A DNA stretch of 64,000 nt from Candidatus Multivorans sp. (lineage in GTDB: Bacteria > Acidobacteriota > Thermoanaerobaculia > Multivoradales > Multivoraceae). Location: assembly GCA_965224025.1 (NCBI GenBank), contig OZ245033.1:1664001-1728000 (forward strand), in the 5' to 3' direction. The notes under the pieces were generated by a model, which was not told the origin of the DNA, did not search any database, and saw only the letters and a list, made by a program, of their open reading frames with translations. This document shows positions 1 through 8,382 of the stretch, in pieces (position 1 is the stretch's first letter; each line of letters begins with the position of its first letter). The position numbers and the translations under genes were made by a program.

Positions 1-1
1 C

Positions 2-409
2 GACCTGTTCGGGGCGGCCCTGCCTGCCGTCGGCGTCCTCGACATGTTGCGCTACCACCTGCCGAGCGCGAACGCCCGCAACTGGTCAACCGACTACGGC
101 CTGTCGGAGAACGAGGAGGAGTTCCGGGCCCAGTACGCTTACTCGCCTCTTCACAACGTGCAGGAAGGCGGCTGCTACCCGCCGACGCTGGTCACCACCG
201 CCGATCACGACGACCGGGTGGTGCCGTGGCACAGCTTCAAGTACGCCGCCGAAATGCAACGCGGCCAGGGCTGCGACAGCCCGGTCCTGATCCGGGTCGA
301 GACCCGGGCCGGCCACGGCGCCGGCAAGCCGACCTGGATGCAGATCGAGGACGTTGCCGACCAGTGGGCCTTCGCGGCCTGGGCACTGGGTCTCGAGCCG
401 AGCTTCTGA
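2..409 (+). CDS. Prolyl oligopeptidase (S9A), C-terminal part; 5' end lies outside the window
   Basis: Frame from position 2 reads DLFGAALPAVGVLDMLRYH...YPPTLVTTADHDDRVVPWHSFKY...AGHGAGKP, containing the catalytic Asp/His motifs of prolyl endopeptidases. Confidence 0.93.
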   Translation, partial: DLFGAALPAVGVLDMLRYHLPSANARNWSTDYGLSENEEEFRAQYAYSPLHNVQEGGCYPPTLVTTADHDDRVVPWHSFKYAAEMQRGQGCDSPVLIRVETRAGHGAGKPTWMQIEDVADQWAFAAWALGLEPSF

Positions 410-420
410 GCTCCTCCCCA

Positions 421-837
421 ATGACCACGCCCTACCGGCACACGATCCGCGTCCGCTACGGCGAGGTCGACAAGCAGGGCGTCGTGTTCAACGCCCACTA
501 CATGGCGTACATGGACGACGCTCTGGAGAACTGGCTGCTCGGCATCCGCGAACTCCGGGCGAAGCTCGGTTGGGAGATGATGCTCCGCCGCTGCACGATC
601 GACTTCCTCGGTTCGGTGACCGACGGCGACCTGCTGGACATCGATCTGGCCATCAAGCACTGGGGACGGACCTCGTGGACGCTCGGCTACCGCGGCACCC
701 ACGAGGGCCGGCTCGTGTTCACCGGGGAAGTGCTCTACGTCAGCGTGCAGGCCCCCGAGTACACGAAGATGGAGACCCCGGCCGGGATCCGGGCCTACAT
801 GGGGCCGGAGACCGATCTGGACGAGGCAGCCAACTGA
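421..837 (+). CDS. Acyl-CoA thioesterase (4HBT/YbgC hotdog fold)
   Basis: MTTPYRHTIRVRYGEVDKQGVVFNAHY matches the YbgC/4HBT motif; ATG at 421 lies just after the upstream stop. Confidence 0.88.
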   Translation: MTTPYRHTIRVRYGEVDKQGVVFNAHYMAYMDDALENWLLGIRELRAKLGWEMMLRRCTIDFLGSVTDGDLLDIDLAIKHWGRTSWTLGYRGTHEGRLVFTGEVLYVSVQAPEYTKMETPAGIRAYMGPETDLDEAAN

Positions 838-840
838 GGC

Positions 841-917
841 GCACCGACCTCCCCACACTGGGTGCGCCGGCGCCCCCGCCGGCTTTCCGGAAAGACGCGC
901 CGCGCAGCGGCGACCAT
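841..917 (+). repeat. Intergenic REP-like element, family 1, copy A
   Basis: actgggtgcgccggcgcccccgccggctttccggaaagacgcgccgcgcagcggcgaccat is near-identical to the reverse complement of 3903-3963 and similar to 62504-62580. Confidence 0.65.
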
Positions 918-958
918 AGCTTCCGCCCCCCCGATCCCGGTTTGACCCGGCACCTCAC

Positions 959-1627
959 GTGAACCTCGATCTCCCGCCCCTCCCCCGCTCGTTCTACGCC
1001 CGCACCGCGCTCGAGGTCGCTCCCGAGTTGCTCAACAAGGTGCTGATCCGCGGCCGACGTGCGGCCCGCATCGTCGAAGTCGAGGCCTACGAGGGATCGA
1101 ACGACCCCTCCAGCCACGGTCACCGCGGGATGACGGACCGGAACCGGACGATGTTCGGGCCGCCCGGGCACCTCTACGTGTACTTCACCTACGGCATGCA
1201 CCACTGCGCGAATGTCGTCTGCGGTGAGGAAGCCGTGTGTTCCGCCGTCCTTCTGCGCGCCGTCGCACCGCTAGCCGGCCAGGACGTCATGCGCCGCGCT
1301 CGCAACGCGGCCAGCAGGCGCCGCTCCACCAAGCCGTTTCGATCCGTCAACCTCTGCTCCGGCCCCGCCCGCCTGTGCCAGGCCTTCGGCCTCGACCGCC
1401 GCGACGACGGCGTCGACCTGGTCGCGGCATCGGCCGCTGGAAGTCGCCTGCCCATCGTCATCGTGGACGACGGCACGCCTCCTCCGGACCAGCCCGGCCG
1501 CAGCGGCCGCATCGGCGTCTCGCGGGCCCCGAACCGACCCTGGCGCTTCTATGTCGCCGGCGAACCGAACGTGTCCAGGTCCCGTGGGCCCAACACCGGC
1601 AGCCACGCCGGGCCCGCCACCGCCTGA
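959..1627 (+). CDS. mpg: DNA-3-methyladenine glycosylase (MPG/AAG family)
   Basis: RIVEVEAY, MFGPPGHLYVYFTYGMHHCANVV, AVLLRA, LCSGPARLCQA and RIGVS motifs. Confidence 0.93.
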   Translation: MNLDLPPLPRSFYARTALEVAPELLNKVLIRGRRAARIVEVEAYEGSNDPSSHGHRGMTDRNRTMFGPPGHLYVYFTYGMHHCANVVCGEEAVCSAVLLRAVAPLAGQDVMRRARNAASRRRSTKPFRSVNLCSGPARLCQAFGLDRRDDGVDLVAASAAGSRLPIVIVDDGTPPPDQPGRSGRIGVSRAPNRPWRFYVAGEPNVSRSRGPNTGSHAGPATA

Positions 1628-1639
1628 TCCCCGAATCAC

Positions 1640-2842
1640 TCAGGCGGAGGCAAGCACCTCCGCCATCTCTCGAAGCCCGATCGCTTCGACGCCGCCCCCT
1701 TTCGGGTATTTCTCCTCCCCGCTGTGAACCAGGAAGGCCGAGTCGGGACTCACGTCATCAAGGGCGACCCTGAGTCCCTTGCCAACTGAAGGCGCCGCGC
1801 TGCGCTTGATCTCCACGGCCCAGGTCCGATTGCCCGGCAGCTCCAGCACGAGGTCGATCTCGACACCGGTCGCCGTCCGAAAGAAAGACGCCTGAGTACG
1901 TTCCGGCGCCGCGCGAATCAGCGTCTCGACGACGAACCCCTCCCAACTTGCGCCGGCCACCGGATGACCCAGCACTGCTTCTTCGTCGTCGAGGCGCAGC
2001 AGGCTGTGGACCACTCCACTGTCCCGCAGATAGACCTTGGGCGACTTGACCAGCCGTTTGCGGACGTTGGCGTGAAACGGCGGCAACCGTCGCGCCAGCA
2101 ACAGATCGACCATCAGGTCCACGTACTTCGCAACGGTCTTGCCGTCGACCGCCAGGCTCCGGGCCAGCGCGGCGGCGTTCCAGACTCCGCCCTGGGCATG
2201 CGCAAGCATGGTCCAGAAACGCCGCAGGGTTTGCGCAGGAATCCGCGGCCCCAAGGCCGGAACGTCCCGCTCCAGGTATGTGTGGATGAAGTTCTCCCGC
2301 CACAGAACACTGTCCGCGTCCGAAGGCGCCATGAAAGCGGGCGGAAAGCCGCCCCGAATCCAAAGCTGCGTCTGTTCGTTCCGGTCGACCTCGCGAACAT
2401 CCAGGGGAGCCAGCTCGAGATAGGCAATGCGCCCGGCCAGGCTCTCTCCCGATTGGCGCAGAAGATCCATGGAGGCCGATACCAGGAGGAGGAACTGTCC
2501 CGTCCGGTCGCCGGCTCGAATGCGATCGTCGATGAGCCCACGCAAGACCTCGAACAGCCCTGGCGTACGGTGGATTTCGTCCAGGACGACGAGCCGGCCC
2601 CGATGTCGGCTGAGGTAACCCCGCGCATCCGCCAGTTTCTCCCGATCGGCTGGGTTCTCGAGGTCGAGATACAGACCCTTGCTTCCGGGCCCCCGCCCAG
2701 GTTGGCCGCCAGCGTCCGCGATGGCTCGAGCCAGCGTCGTCTTGCCGACCTGGCGCGGCCCCATCAGGGCCACCGCAGGGAAGAACCGCAGTCGGTCTTC
2801 TACGCGCGCCCTCAGTATTCGTGGGACTACCTCGTCAATCAT
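1640..2842 (-). CDS. ATP-binding protein, AAA_14 + DUF4143 architecture
   Basis: Walker A GPRQVGKTT, Walker B VLDEIH, ESLAGR, KRLVKSPKVYLRDSG, C-terminal EIDLVLE...AVEIK. Confidence 0.9.
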   Translation of the reverse strand: MIDEVVPRILRARVEDRLRFFPAVALMGPRQVGKTTLARAIADAGGQPGRGPGSKGLYLDLENPADREKLADARGYLSRHRGRLVVLDEIHRTPGLFEVLRGLIDDRIRAGDRTGQFLLLVSASMDLLRQSGESLAGRIAYLELAPLDVREVDRNEQTQLWIRGGFPPAFMAPSDADSVLWRENFIHTYLERDVPALGPRIPAQTLRRFWTMLAHAQGGVWNAAALARSLAVDGKTVAKYVDLMVDLLLARRLPPFHANVRKRLVKSPKVYLRDSGVVHSLLRLDDEEAVLGHPVAGASWEGFVVETLIRAAPERTQASFFRTATGVEIDLVLELPGNRTWAVEIKRSAAPSVGKGLRVALDDVSPDSAFLVHSGEEKYPKGGGVEAIGLREMAEVLASA

Positions 2843-2879
2843 CCTTGCAATTATGGACTAACGGTCCAGAATTGCAAGG
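2843..2879. promoter_or_regulatory. Palindrome abutting the AAA_14-DUF4143 start codon (candidate operator)
   Basis: CCTTGCAATT-ATGGAC-TAAC-GGTCCAG-AATTGCAAGG: perfect 10-bp outer arms plus TGGAC/GTCCA inner arms, AT-rich in a GC-rich context. Confidence 0.55.
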
Positions 2880-2947
2880 TTGTGAGCGGTCAAAGGTACC
2901 GCGCTTGAGGAATTCACGAGCCCCAAGACGGAGGTGGCCGCAAGTCG

Positions 2948-3832
2948 TTAGTCGGAGCCTCCACTCATCGCCCGAAGCCGCGCCACCAGGCTCGACGTGT
3001 CCCAGCGCAGGCCGCCGAGCGCGGTGACCTCGCTGTAGAACTGGTCGACCAGGGCCGCCACGGGCAGGTGGGCCCCGTTCTGACGGGCCTCTTCCAGGGC
3101 GATCCCCAGGTCCTTGCGCATCCACTGGACCGCGAAGCCGTAGTCGAACTTCCCCTGGACCATCGTCTCGGCGCGGTTGTCCATCTGCCATGACCCGGCG
3201 GCGCCGGTCGAGATCGCGCCGATGACCGCCAGCGGGTCGAGACCGGCCTTCTCGGCGAAGTGAATGCCCTCGGAGAGGCCCTGAACGATGCCGGCGATGC
3301 AGAGCTGGTTGACAGCCTTGGTCAACTGGCCGCTGCCGGCGGGGCCGAGCAGGCTGACCGCCCGGCTGTAGCAGTCGATGACCGCGTTCACCCGCTCGAA
3401 GACGTCCGGTTCGCCGCCGCACATGACGGTCAGCGCGCCATTCTCGGCGCCTGCCTGGCCGCCCGAGACCGGCGCGTCGACGAAGCCGAAGTCCTTTTCA
3501 GCGCAGGCCTCGGCGAGTTCGCGGGCCAACCGCGCCGACGCGGTCGTGTGGTCGACGAGGACACTGCCCGCGACCATGCCATCGAGCGCGCCGCCCGACT
3601 CGAGCGTCACCGCCCGCACGTCGTCATCGTTGCCGACGCAGCAAAACACGAACTCGGCACCGGCCGCCGCCTCGGCGGGAGTCGGAGCGCTGCTGCCGCC
3701 GTGCTCCTCTACCCATTGCTCCGCCTTCGCCGTGGTGCGGTTGTACACCGTCACCCGGTGGCCGGCTGCCGCCAGGTGGCCAGCCATCGGGTAGCCCATG
3801 ACTCCAAGTCCGACGAACGCTACGTCTGCCAT
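2948..3832 (-). CDS. NAD(P)-dependent oxidoreductase, 3-hydroxyisobutyrate dehydrogenase family
   Basis: FVGLGVMGYPMA, FVDAPVSGGQAGA, GSGQLTKAVNQ; GGAGG RBS before ATG 3832. Confidence 0.92.
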   Translation of the reverse strand: MADVAFVGLGVMGYPMAGHLAAAGHRVTVYNRTTAKAEQWVEEHGGSSAPTPAEAAAGAEFVFCCVGNDDDVRAVTLESGGALDGMVAGSVLVDHTTASARLARELAEACAEKDFGFVDAPVSGGQAGAENGALTVMCGGEPDVFERVNAVIDCYSRAVSLLGPAGSGQLTKAVNQLCIAGIVQGLSEGIHFAEKAGLDPLAVIGAISTGAAGSWQMDNRAETMVQGKFDYGFAVQWMRKDLGIALEEARQNGAHLPVAALVDQFYSEVTALGGLRWDTSSLVARLRAMSGGSD

Positions 3833-3902
3833 ATGGCGCACCTCCCCAGCGGCGAATGTTGCCCCTGGCTTCGTGAATGAGGCGCGATCCTAGCGCCGCG
3901 GA

Positions 3903-3963
3903 ATGGTCGCCGCTCCGCGGCGCGTCTCTTCCGGAAGCCGGCGAGGGCGCCGGCGCAGCCAGT
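3903..3963 (-). repeat. Intergenic REP-like element, family 1, copy B
   Basis: Reverse complement matches about 857-917 with a few substitutions/indels. Confidence 0.65.
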
Positions 3964-3989
3964 CTTTGCCGCACGGGCCATCGGCGGCC

Positions 3990-4024
3990 AAGGAAGAAGG
4001 GCGGGCGCCCGAAGGACGCCCGCC
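3990..4024 (-). terminator. Probable intrinsic terminator downstream of the Spy/CpxP-like gene
   Basis: Minus strand ggcgggcgtcc-ttcg-ggcgcccgcc hairpin followed by cttcttcctt. Confidence 0.55.
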
Positions 4025-4052
4025 TGTTGAACGAATGCAGGTTGGCCGCAGC

Positions 4053-4568
4053 CTAGTTCCGCGGACGCGGACCGCGACCACCTGGACCGAAGGACCCCCG
4101 GGAACCGCGCCGACCGTTCTCCCGCAGGGCTTCCCAGCGGATCGTCTGGTCACGGTCGAGCAGACGTGCCAGGTCCTCGTCGACCTGAGTCCGCGACGCC
4201 CTCAACTGGCGCCCGATGTTCCGGCGGTCGAGCTCCAACTGGCCTACGACAGTCGGATCGGGGTTCTCCAGATTCGCCTCGGTCTCGAGACGTTCCGAGA
4301 TGTCGCGCATCTGGCTCAACAGTGGGCGGACGTTCTCTTCATGCTGCTCGCGGACCCGACGCCACTCTTCCCGCTGGTCCTCAGCGAGTTGGAGCACTCG
4401 CGCCATGCGCTCGGCGTCGCGCTCCGCGAAGTCGCCGCGCATCCCGCGTTTGGACTGCCGACCCTCGCCCTCCTCGGCCGCCGCGAACGCGGCCGTGGCC
4501 ACAAGCAGCAGACCGGGGAGCACGGTGCGGGCTACCAGGATGGAGCGGTTCAGTAGTGATTTCTTCAT
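4053..4568 (-). CDS. Periplasmic Spy/CpxP-like protein
   Basis: Signal peptide (LLLVATAAFA), LQLAEDQ and LLDRDQ resembling LTxxQ motifs, helical Arg/Glu-rich body; divergent from a two-component system; GGAGG RBS. Confidence 0.7.
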   Translation of the reverse strand: MKKSLLNRSILVARTVLPGLLLVATAAFAAAEEGEGRQSKRGMRGDFAERDAERMARVLQLAEDQREEWRRVREQHEENVRPLLSQMRDISERLETEANLENPDPTVVGQLELDRRNIGRQLRASRTQVDEDLARLLDRDQTIRWEALRENGRRGSRGSFGPGGRGPRPRN

Positions 4569-4716
4569 TTCAAGCACCTCCTAAGGGGGCTGAGAATCAA
4601 ACGTGAAGAGACAGTACGGGGTTAGCCGGAGGTCAGTCATCAAGCCGGCGCAAGATGTTTGTAACGCTTGTAAAGCCCTACAATGACGAGGTTTCCGCGG
4701 CGCTACACTGCCAACC

Positions 4717-6516
4717 ATGCCTGTTGCCGGCAGCCCGCGGAGCGCGCGCGGTTCGAGCGATCGCTGGACCCTGATCGTCGCGGCGGTCGCCTCGTTGCTG
4801 CTGGTGACGCTCGCCGTCCTGCAGTACCGGTGGACCGGCGAACTGAGCGCCGCCGCCAACGAACGGATGCGGGCGAACCTGGAGGAGTCGAGCCGGCTGC
4901 TTGCCAACGACATCGACGTCCCGCTGGCCCAGCTCCGTGCCTCGTTCCTGCGCACCGTGGCTCGGGTCGATCCGCGCCGGAGCCGGGACGGCGCATCCGA
5001 GCGGCTGGAGGCGCTGCTTGCGCGAGTCGTCCTGGACTGGCGCGAGAGCGCCGCCTTCCCGGACCTTCTGGACCGGACCTGGATCGTGGTCGCCGACCGC
5101 CGCGAAGGGAGACTCGGTGTCCTCAGGCTCGACGAGGACGGCGGCCGGTTCCAGCCCGACCCCGGACCCGACGACCTGGAAGAGCTCGTTCGCCCCTTGC
5201 GGCCGCCAGGCCGCCGGCTACCCGAGGCCCGCACGGATCGACTGGTGATCCCGGTCCCCGCCCGGACGCCTGGCGGCCGACCCGGACCGCCGACGACCCT
5301 GATCGTGGCCAGCCTGGACGTCTCGGTACTCGAACGGGAGATGCTGCCCGCGCTGATCGAACGCCACTTCGGCGCCACACCTTCAGGCGAGGAGCCGCCC
5401 TATCGGGTTTCGGTGACCGACGTGTCCGGTCCCGCGCCGCGCCAGGTCTTTCCCGACCCGGCCGCTCCAGGGCACACGTCCACCGCTCCAGCCGACGCTG
5501 CGGACATCGAGTTCCGGGCGCTGCGGATGCGGCCGTTCCCCGAACGCCGCGACGACCGCGACCGACCGGGCTTCCGACCAAACGACCGCGACGACCGGCG
5601 TCCCTCGCCCGGCGAACGAGCACGTCGCGGCCGCACCGAACCCGACCCGCCGGACGGCGCCTGGCTGGTGCGGATCACGCACCGCCGCGGATCGCTCGAA
5701 GCCGTTACGGAAATGGCCCGCCGGCGCAATCTCTACGTCAGTTCCGGTGCCCTGTTCCTGATCGGCGTCGCCTTCGCCCTGGTCCTGGTGTCCGCCCGTC
5801 GCGCCCGAGCTCTGGCCGCTCAGCAGGTCGACTTCGTGGCCGGTGTCTCCCATGAGTTGAACACGCCGCTGCAGGCGATCCGTTCGGCGGGTGAGAACCT
5901 GCGCGCCGGGATCGTGCGCGAGCCCGCGGACGTCCGCGGCTACGGCGAGTTGATCGACCGCGAGGGGCGGCGGCTCCTGCGCCTGGTCGAGCAGGTACTC
6001 CAGTGGGCAGGCATCGGCCGTCGCCCCGAGCCGGTGCAGACCGAGCAACTCGACGCGGGCGCACTCCTCCGCACGGTCATCGCCGAGTCGAACTGGTTCC
6101 TGGAGGAACACGGAGTCGAGCTCGACGTGTCCGGTCTCGACGATCTGCCCGCGATCCAGGGCGACCGCGACGCCCTCAACCTGGCCTTTGCCAACATCCT
6201 CCACAACGCGGCCAAGTACGGAGCGGACGAAGACGGTTCGGTCCGCGTGCGCGTCGATGCCGGATTCGACGGGGACCGGCAACGGGTAGTCGTCAGGGTC
6301 ACCGACGGCGGTCCCGGCATCCCGGCCGCGGAGCGGCAACGCATCTTCGAACCCTTCGTTCGCGGCCGCCGAGCGACCGAGGGAACGATCGCCGGCTCCG
6401 GCCTCGGACTGAGCCTCGCGCGAAAGACGATCGAAGGTCACGGCGGCTCGATCACCGTCGACAGCGAACCCGGCCACACGACGTTCCGCGTCTCCCTGCC
6501 GGCGAACACCGAATGA
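4717..6516 (+). CDS. Membrane sensor histidine kinase
   Basis: Two TM segments, H-box VSHELNTPL, N-box NAAKY, DGGPGI, GSGLGL. Confidence 0.95.
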   Translation: MPVAGSPRSARGSSDRWTLIVAAVASLLLVTLAVLQYRWTGELSAAANERMRANLEESSRLLANDIDVPLAQLRASFLRTVARVDPRRSRDGASERLEALLARVVLDWRESAAFPDLLDRTWIVVADRREGRLGVLRLDEDGGRFQPDPGPDDLEELVRPLRPPGRRLPEARTDRLVIPVPARTPGGRPGPPTTLIVASLDVSVLEREMLPALIERHFGATPSGEEPPYRVSVTDVSGPAPRQVFPDPAAPGHTSTAPADAADIEFRALRMRPFPERRDDRDRPGFRPNDRDDRRPSPGERARRGRTEPDPPDGAWLVRITHRRGSLEAVTEMARRRNLYVSSGALFLIGVAFALVLVSARRARALAAQQVDFVAGVSHELNTPLQAIRSAGENLRAGIVREPADVRGYGELIDREGRRLLRLVEQVLQWAGIGRRPEPVQTEQLDAGALLRTVIAESNWFLEEHGVELDVSGLDDLPAIQGDRDALNLAFANILHNAAKYGADEDGSVRVRVDAGFDGDRQRVVVRVTDGGPGIPAAERQRIFEPFVRGRRATEGTIAGSGLGLSLARKTIEGHGGSITVDSEPGHTTFRVSLPANTE

Positions 6517-6583
6517 CCGCCCGGCATCCGCCGCCCCCGGGAACGGAGGCCTCCAGCCGGCATCCCCGAACTTCGGGCGTCCC

Positions 6584-7306
6584 ATGACCGCCCATCGCCT
6601 GCTACTGGTCGAAGACGAACCGAGCCTGGCGCGCACGGTGAGCGACCGCCTGGTCGCCGAAGGCTACGACGTCGAAGTCGCGGCCGACGGCCCTTCGGGC
6701 GAACGGATGGCCACCGAGGGCGGCTTCGACCTCGTGCTGCTCGACATCAGCCTGCCGAGGAAGAACGGCTTCGACGTCTGCCGCGATCTCCGCCAGCAAG
6801 GCGTCACAACGCCAATCCTGATGTTGACCGCCCGCAACGAGCTCGTCGACCGCGTCCTCGGCCTGAAGCTGGGCGCCGACGACTACCTCTCCAAACCCTT
6901 CGAGACGCTGGAACTCCTGGCGCGGATCGAGGCGCTGCTACGACGGAGCCAGGCGGGGACAGCGGCGTCAAGCGCGGTTGCCGACACTGCCCACGGCTAC
7001 CGTTTCGGCGACGTCCGCGTCGACTTCGACCGCGCACAGGTGTGGCGCACCGGCGAAGACGGCACCGAGGCCGAGATCGCCCGCTCGGCGCTCGAGTACC
7101 GGCTGCTGCGGTTCCTGATCGAGCGCCGCGGCCAGGTCCACGACCGCGACCGTCTGCTCGACGAGGTGTGGGGCTACGACGCCACTCCGACGACCCGCAC
7201 CGTCGACGTGCACGTGTCGTCACTGCGGCAGAAGGTGGAACCGAACCCGGGCCAGCCGGAGTTCATCGTCACGGTCCACGGGCTCGGCTATCGGTTCGAC
7301 GGCTGA
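6584..7306 (+). CDS. OmpR/PhoB-family response regulator
   Basis: LLVEDE, LLDISLP, MLTAR, GADDYLSKPF, RTVDVHVSSLRQK, TVHGLGYRF. Confidence 0.96.
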   Translation: MTAHRLLLVEDEPSLARTVSDRLVAEGYDVEVAADGPSGERMATEGGFDLVLLDISLPRKNGFDVCRDLRQQGVTTPILMLTARNELVDRVLGLKLGADDYLSKPFETLELLARIEALLRRSQAGTAASSAVADTAHGYRFGDVRVDFDRAQVWRTGEDGTEAEIARSALEYRLLRFLIERRGQVHDRDRLLDEVWGYDATPTTRTVDVHVSSLRQKVEPNPGQPEFIVTVHGLGYRFDG

Positions 7307-7354
7307 TGACGCGCGCCCGGGCGCGATAACCTCCGCTGCTCCGCAGCAAGCGCC
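7293..7354 (+). repeat. Imperfect direct repeat, left copy, flanking the APH gene
   Basis: ggttcgacggctga...gataacctccgctgctccgcagcaagcgcc is repeated at 8303-8367. Confidence 0.7.
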
Positions 7355-7434
7355 GCGTCGCCCACGCCGCCAGCATACGTGCTGGTCGCCGGCCGGCGCC
7401 AGAACTGGAACCGCCGCCGCCAGCCTGTCGCCCC

Positions 7435-8316
7435 ATGCTAGATTCCGCCATGGCTCCGGAGCTGTTCCTGCGACGAATCAAGGAGGAGTTCCCGGAGATT
7501 GCCTGGAACACGTATCGTCACCTGACGCACGGCTGGGACCACGCCGTTCTGATCCTCGACGAAGCACTTGTCTTCAGGGCCCCGAAGGCTCCGACGAGCC
7601 TGAGCGAAGTCGAGAACGAAGCCGGGCTGCTGCGCCACCTCGAACGCAAGCTCCAGGTCGGCATTCCTCGGTACATCTACCAGGCGGCGGACGGCTCGTT
7701 CGGCGGCTACAGGCTCCTTTCCGGCCGTGAGCTGGATCCGGGCACGTTCCGGAAACTCTCCGCGGAGGAAAGCGAGACCATCGCGGGGCAGCTCGCCGCA
7801 TTCCTGACCTCGATGCACGAGATACCGAAGTCCGTCGCCCGACGGCACCAGGTACCGGAGGAAGATGCCGCGAAGGACTACGAAGATCTCGTTCGCGACA
7901 CCGAAGCGCTTGTGTTCCCGCATCTCGCACGTCGGGATACGCTGGCCATCGAGGCATTCCTCACCGAGCTGGCTGCCGAGCTGGAGCAAGGCAGTCCAAC
8001 CGGTCTCCTGCACGGCGACCTCAGCGGCGAGCACATCTTGTGGGACGCGGGGAAGCGGCAGGTCAACATCATCGACTTCAGCGATCGCATGCTGGGGGAC
8101 CCCGCCATCGATTTCGCCGGTCTGCTCGCCTACGGGCGGGGGTTCGCTGAACGCGTATTCGAGGAGTACGGCGGGCCGGGGGACGAGCGGACGTTCCGGA
8201 GGGCGCGGCTGTGCTTCAAGCGGACCGCGCTCGAGACGATGGTGCATTCGCTCCAGGGCTATCCGTGCACTTTCGAGGAAGGCTACGCGGAGTTTGAGGA
8301 GAGGTTCGACGGATGA
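7435..8316 (+). CDS. Aminoglycoside phosphotransferase-like kinase (APH family)
   Basis: GWDH, VFRAP, Brenner motif LLHGDLSGEHIL, IIDFSD, GDPAIDFA; start may be ATG 7450. Confidence 0.85.
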   Translation: MLDSAMAPELFLRRIKEEFPEIAWNTYRHLTHGWDHAVLILDEALVFRAPKAPTSLSEVENEAGLLRHLERKLQVGIPRYIYQAADGSFGGYRLLSGRELDPGTFRKLSAEESETIAGQLAAFLTSMHEIPKSVARRHQVPEEDAAKDYEDLVRDTEALVFPHLARRDTLAIEAFLTELAAELEQGSPTGLLHGDLSGEHILWDAGKRQVNIIDFSDRMLGDPAIDFAGLLAYGRGFAERVFEEYGGPGDERTFRRARLCFKRTALETMVHSLQGYPCTFEEGYAEFEERFDG

Positions 8317-8367
8317 ACGCCGCCAGGGCGGCGATCCGATAGCCTTCGCTGCTTCGCAGCAAGCGCC
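8303..8367 (+). repeat. Imperfect direct repeat, right copy, flanking the APH gene
   Basis: ggttcgacggatga...gatagccttcgctgcttcgcagcaagcgcc; 27/30 identical to the left copy in the distal block. Confidence 0.7.
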
Positions 8368-8382
8368 TCGGCTCCAGCCGCC

